Shown here: piece after piece, positions 62,101 through 64,000 of the stretch
Layout of the letters: every line of letters begins with the position of its first letter
Numbering within the stretch: the first letter of the stretch is position 1
NCBI GenBank assembly: GCA_964035545.1
Contig: OZ037767.1
Span: 12,571,801-12,635,800, forward strand
Direction of reading: 5' to 3'
Length of the DNA: 64,000 nucleotides
From: Bugula neritina
Lineage: Eukaryota > Animalia > Bryozoa
Notes under the pieces: model-generated
What the model was told of the DNA's origin: nothing
Database searches by the model: none
What the model saw: only the letters and a program-made list of their open reading frames with translations
Program-made: the position numbers and the translations under genes

Positions 62101-63884
62101 GACCATCTAATGGATATAATATACTAGTCTATACTAATATTACCTGTAATATATTAATACTATACTGCAATAAATAATCATAACCAAAATGGACATTTCA
62201 ATTTCAGCAAGTAAATTCAAGCCAGACTCACTTTGCAGGAGTTACGCTCTCCTCTAACATGGTAGACTCTTCGTCCGCCTCAAGTCCATAGTGATCTTTG
62301 TCTTTTTGCTGTAATATAAGTCATACTGTCTAAGTTAGACTACACAGACTGGCACATTGTTTCCAGTAGCACCACATTAGAAAGTATACAAACACAGAAA
62401 TGACAGAAAAGAGAACTCCAGCACTTTCTGATCTTATTACAGTAAATAAGTAACTTCTAAACAAATCCTAGTTTATATGAATAATAAAACATTCTTCAAA
62501 GCAATTTTATATACATTTGTTTGGTTTTTAAAAAAAGCAATTTATTTCATACTCAAATATTTCCATTTCTTGACATCTTTATTTAATCAAGGTAATCACA
62601 GCACAGAATTTGTAAAAATAGCATTCAATCACAGATTTAATATGGAAGATATATTCATCATATTAACACACACAACATCTCACTCCATATACTACAAGTA
62701 ATGCATTACACTAACCAATACAAGTAATTTACATTACATTAACCAATACAAGTAGTACATTATACTAACCAACACTAGTAATGCATCACACTAACCAATA
62801 CACATAATAACTCACTCTCTTCAATATGATGTCAATGTAACCAGCTATCAAAGCACTAATCTGTTCTCCTTCCGAGGTCTCCACGCTGTACAGGATGTCG
62901 TGATCACCAAAGTCAAGGTTGAAACTTTTCGGAGATGCAGCCCAGCGCAGTACATGAGTCAAGGGCCAAGTCTGTGTATCATACACAATAAGAATAAACC
63001 TTGTGCAGGGAGTTTAGATAGTAATACAGTGCTCTCTCCATATCTCACGGATTCAATTCTCATGAAACTCCACAGGTGACAAGACGGGCTTGAACCCTAG
63101 TTACGTGGCTTATGAATGTGTTTATAGGGGCAAAATGGCCTAATTTAACGAGATCCGTGCGTTAAATATGATATTCTACTATGTCACGAATTGAGGTTTT
63201 GGCAGTCACAGCTTAGTGAGATACGGGGAGCAGTGTATAATTGAGCTTAAAAACTGTTTAATGAAAGGCAAATAATAAGTTGAAGGCCTTTATTGGTGCT
63301 TACAAAAGAAGTACTGTTTAACCTTGCATAATACAGTCATGAGACACTTTAGTATTTCTAAGAGTATATCAGCATGTGACTCCCTAATATATCTTTATGT
63401 TATACAGATTCTGCAAATTTCAGCTTTTCCAATGACATTTAAAAACCAATATGACAGAAGACCTTGAAACAAATCAATGAAAAAAGAAACTACTGAGCTC
63501 CAGAGTTGCGATGCATGACACAAAAATATATAGTTATTAGTGGGTAAAATATATAGTTATTAGTGGGTAAAATATATAGTTATTAGTGGGTAAAATATAT
63601 AGTTATTAGTGGGTAAAATCAACCACAGCAGTTTTAGGTGCCTGAGAAAAAAAATATAGCGAAACAAGTCCATGACTTTAATGAACTAGGCATGTGGAAA
63701 GATGATACAATTAGATAAGAGAAGAAATATCACAATACAATAACATATATAGACAGCTGATACATTTTCAATGAGCACAGTTTACCTGTAAGACTTCTTT
63801 AGTTTTTTCATCTACTCTCACTATAGATTCCTTGTTGACTCCAAACAGCCGAGGAACCAACTTACGTGACGTCTTCATTCTCTC
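29182..63884 (-). CDS. TLN: Talin (5'-partial: FERM F3, rod R1-R13, I/LWEQ and dimerisation helix), 40 coding exons, ~2238 aa in window
   Basis: Exons (high to low): 63884-63786, 62971-62816, 62308-62232, 61722-61530, 61261-61118, 59808-59648, 59449-59260, 58704-58468, 57453-57352, 56875-56693, 56262-56104, 55431-55075, 54756-54613, 54083-53964, 52383-52299, 51978-51752, 51245-51087, 50645-50514, 49835-49634, 49301-49128, 48591-48347, 47855-47694, 47126-46986, 45559-45313, 43452-43291, 43030-42873, 42429-42262, 41340-41110, 39689-39543, 38964-38795, 38588-38402, 38074-37832, 36552-36397, 35971-35837, 35500-35392, 33289-33165, 32444-32250, 31955-31766, 31375-31260, 29310-29182; all phases are consistent. 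Hallmark motifs KLVPRLFGV, RWAASPKSF.LDFG, EGEQISALIAGYIDIILK, APGQKECD, DGQWSQGLISAARMVAAAT, LLVACKVKADPDS. Confidence 0.97.
31655..31735. repeat. 20-bp minisatellite, ~4 copies, near a talin donor
   Basis: Unit TGCCCCCTCCATGCACACAA. Confidence 0.85.
33962..34069. repeat. 28-bp minisatellite, 4 copies, containing TGAGTCA
   Basis: Unit GAGAGTGACACACTAGATGAGTCACTAA. Confidence 0.9.
38607..38715. repeat. 30-bp minisatellite, ~3.5 copies, next to a talin acceptor
   Basis: Unit GTTTATTACGTGTATTACAATACATTATAT. Confidence 0.85.
39288..39532. repeat. GA-rich tract (CT-rich on the talin sense strand) just after a donor
   Basis: GAGAGAGGG low-complexity run. Confidence 0.95.
41527..41600 (+). mobile_element. 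tRNA-like sequence (SINE head or tRNA pseudogene; GCA in anticodon-like loop)
   Basis: GTAGCTCTTGCAGTGTAATGGTAAG (A box), CTTGCAA loop, GTTCAAATCCC (B box); acceptor stem does not pair well. Confidence 0.55.
41658..42241. repeat. 36-37-bp minisatellite, ~16 copies, starting ~20 nt from a talin donor
   Basis: Unit GTACCCAACTCAGCTAGTTATACTAAGAGTACATGT. Confidence 0.97.
42611..42887 (-). repeat. 19-bp minisatellite, 15 copies, made of a talin exon end plus donor
   Basis: Minus-strand unit GT(G)(A/G)GTTTATCTAGCCAAG. Confidence 0.95.
43520..43995. mobile_element. MITE/foldback-like element with ~110-bp diverged inverted arms
   Basis: TATATATCTTATAGCTATCACTTCCAGACTGTTTGAGGGTTG matches the reverse complement of CAACCTTCAAACAGTCTGTAGATGATAGCTATAAGATATATA. 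Confidence 0.7.
44188..44876. mobile_element. Non-autonomous TIR element with subterminal AGATCGATCT palindromes
   Basis: TIRs CACGGGCTTTCCATGTACCGATCTCAGATCGATCT / AGATCGATCTGAGATCGGTCCATGGAAAGCCGGTG; no clear TSD. Confidence 0.8.
44894..45335 (-). repeat. 25-bp minisatellite, 17 copies, made of a talin exon end plus donor
   Basis: Minus-strand unit GTGAGCCTGTCATCTTGGGTCAAAG. Confidence 0.97.
46204..46215 (-). CDS. Candidate 12-nt talin microexon (AEAE)
   Basis: cttactctgtacttactccag|GCTGAAGCAGAG|gtaagta; phase 0/0 inside a phase-0 intron. Confidence 0.6.
47130..47268. repeat. ~18-bp degenerate minisatellite abutting a talin acceptor
   Basis: Unit ACATACATGACAGGTGTC. Confidence 0.8.
48750..48890 (+). 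mobile_element. tRNA-derived SINE-like element
   Basis: AGCAGCCGTGGTCTAGGGGTTAGAGCG head, degenerate B box, body GTTAGGAAGAGTATCCAGTCACAATTGC; head shared with 22091-22515. Confidence 0.55.
50858..50949. repeat. 22-bp minisatellite, ~4 copies
   Basis: Unit ATACTGGTAATACTGTTCACTG. Confidence 0.9.
51265..51361. repeat. 13-bp minisatellite of TCATGTGA units
   Basis: TCATGTGACCAG(C/G) repeated ~7 times, 20 nt from the acceptor at 51246. Confidence 0.9.
55528..55782. repeat. 30-bp minisatellite, ~8.5 copies
   Basis: Unit TAGTACTATACACTCCTTTCTAGAGGGGTC. Confidence 0.95.
56259..56361 (-). repeat. 19-bp minisatellite built on a talin AG|GTAA acceptor (6 sites)
   Basis: Minus-strand unit GTAATATTGTTACACGCAG. 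Confidence 0.93.
60035..60803. mobile_element. Kolobok-like non-autonomous DNA transposon
   Basis: TTAA on both sides (60031-60034, 60804-60807); TIRs AGGATTGCTCAATCTT / AAGATAGAGCAATCCT; RR...YY termini. Confidence 0.8.
62696..62803. repeat. ~26-bp minisatellite, 4 copies, just downstream of a talin donor
   Basis: Unit CATTACACTAACCAATACAAGTAATG. Confidence 0.85.
63027..63235. mobile_element. Tigger/Tc1-mariner-like MITE
   Basis: TA|CAGTGCTCTCTCCATATCTCAC ... GTGAGATACGGGGAGCAGTG|TA. Confidence 0.7.
63523..63619. repeat. 23-bp minisatellite, 4 copies
   Basis: Unit AAAATATATAGTTATTAGTGGGT. Confidence 0.95.
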
Positions 63885-64000
63885 CTAAAACAGAGCCTTA
63901 TTTCATGTGTACTCAAAGCAGACCTACAGTTTTAAGTACTTCAACTTGGAAAGTAAACAAGTAAAACGCATCCTGATAAAAAACTAACTGTATTAAGGGG

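Overview
AT-rich, intron-rich invertebrate (metazoan) genomic DNA. I assembled four spliced protein-coding genes by hand from GT-AG sites, with consistent exon phases throughout. (1) 752-5873 (+): a type II transmembrane collagen plus C-type lectin receptor of about 636 aa, with collectin-12/SRCL-like architecture. (2) 10105-14130 (-): a six-exon gene that the ORF track almost completely misses. It encodes a 218-aa secreted precursor with a signal peptide, an RVRR furin site and a 159-aa helical mature part with 6 Cys. Its size, helix pattern and exon phases resemble IL-6/G-CSF-type long-chain four-helix cytokines. This is the most novel item. (3) 20057-26874 (+): E3 ubiquitin ligase COP1 (RFWD2), 9 coding exons. 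(4) 29182-63884 (-): talin, 40 coding exons from FERM F3 to the C-terminus, with the 5' end outside the window, plus a candidate 12-nt microexon. A second pattern is that many intronic minisatellites are tandem amplifications of the splice sites themselves (donor arrays, AG|GT acceptor arrays, a branch-point array). Introns and intergenic DNA also carry non-autonomous DNA transposons (Kolobok-, Harbinger-, hAT-, pogo/Tigger-like, foldback) and tRNA-derived SINE-like heads. All family assignments come from reading the sequence; no searches were run.
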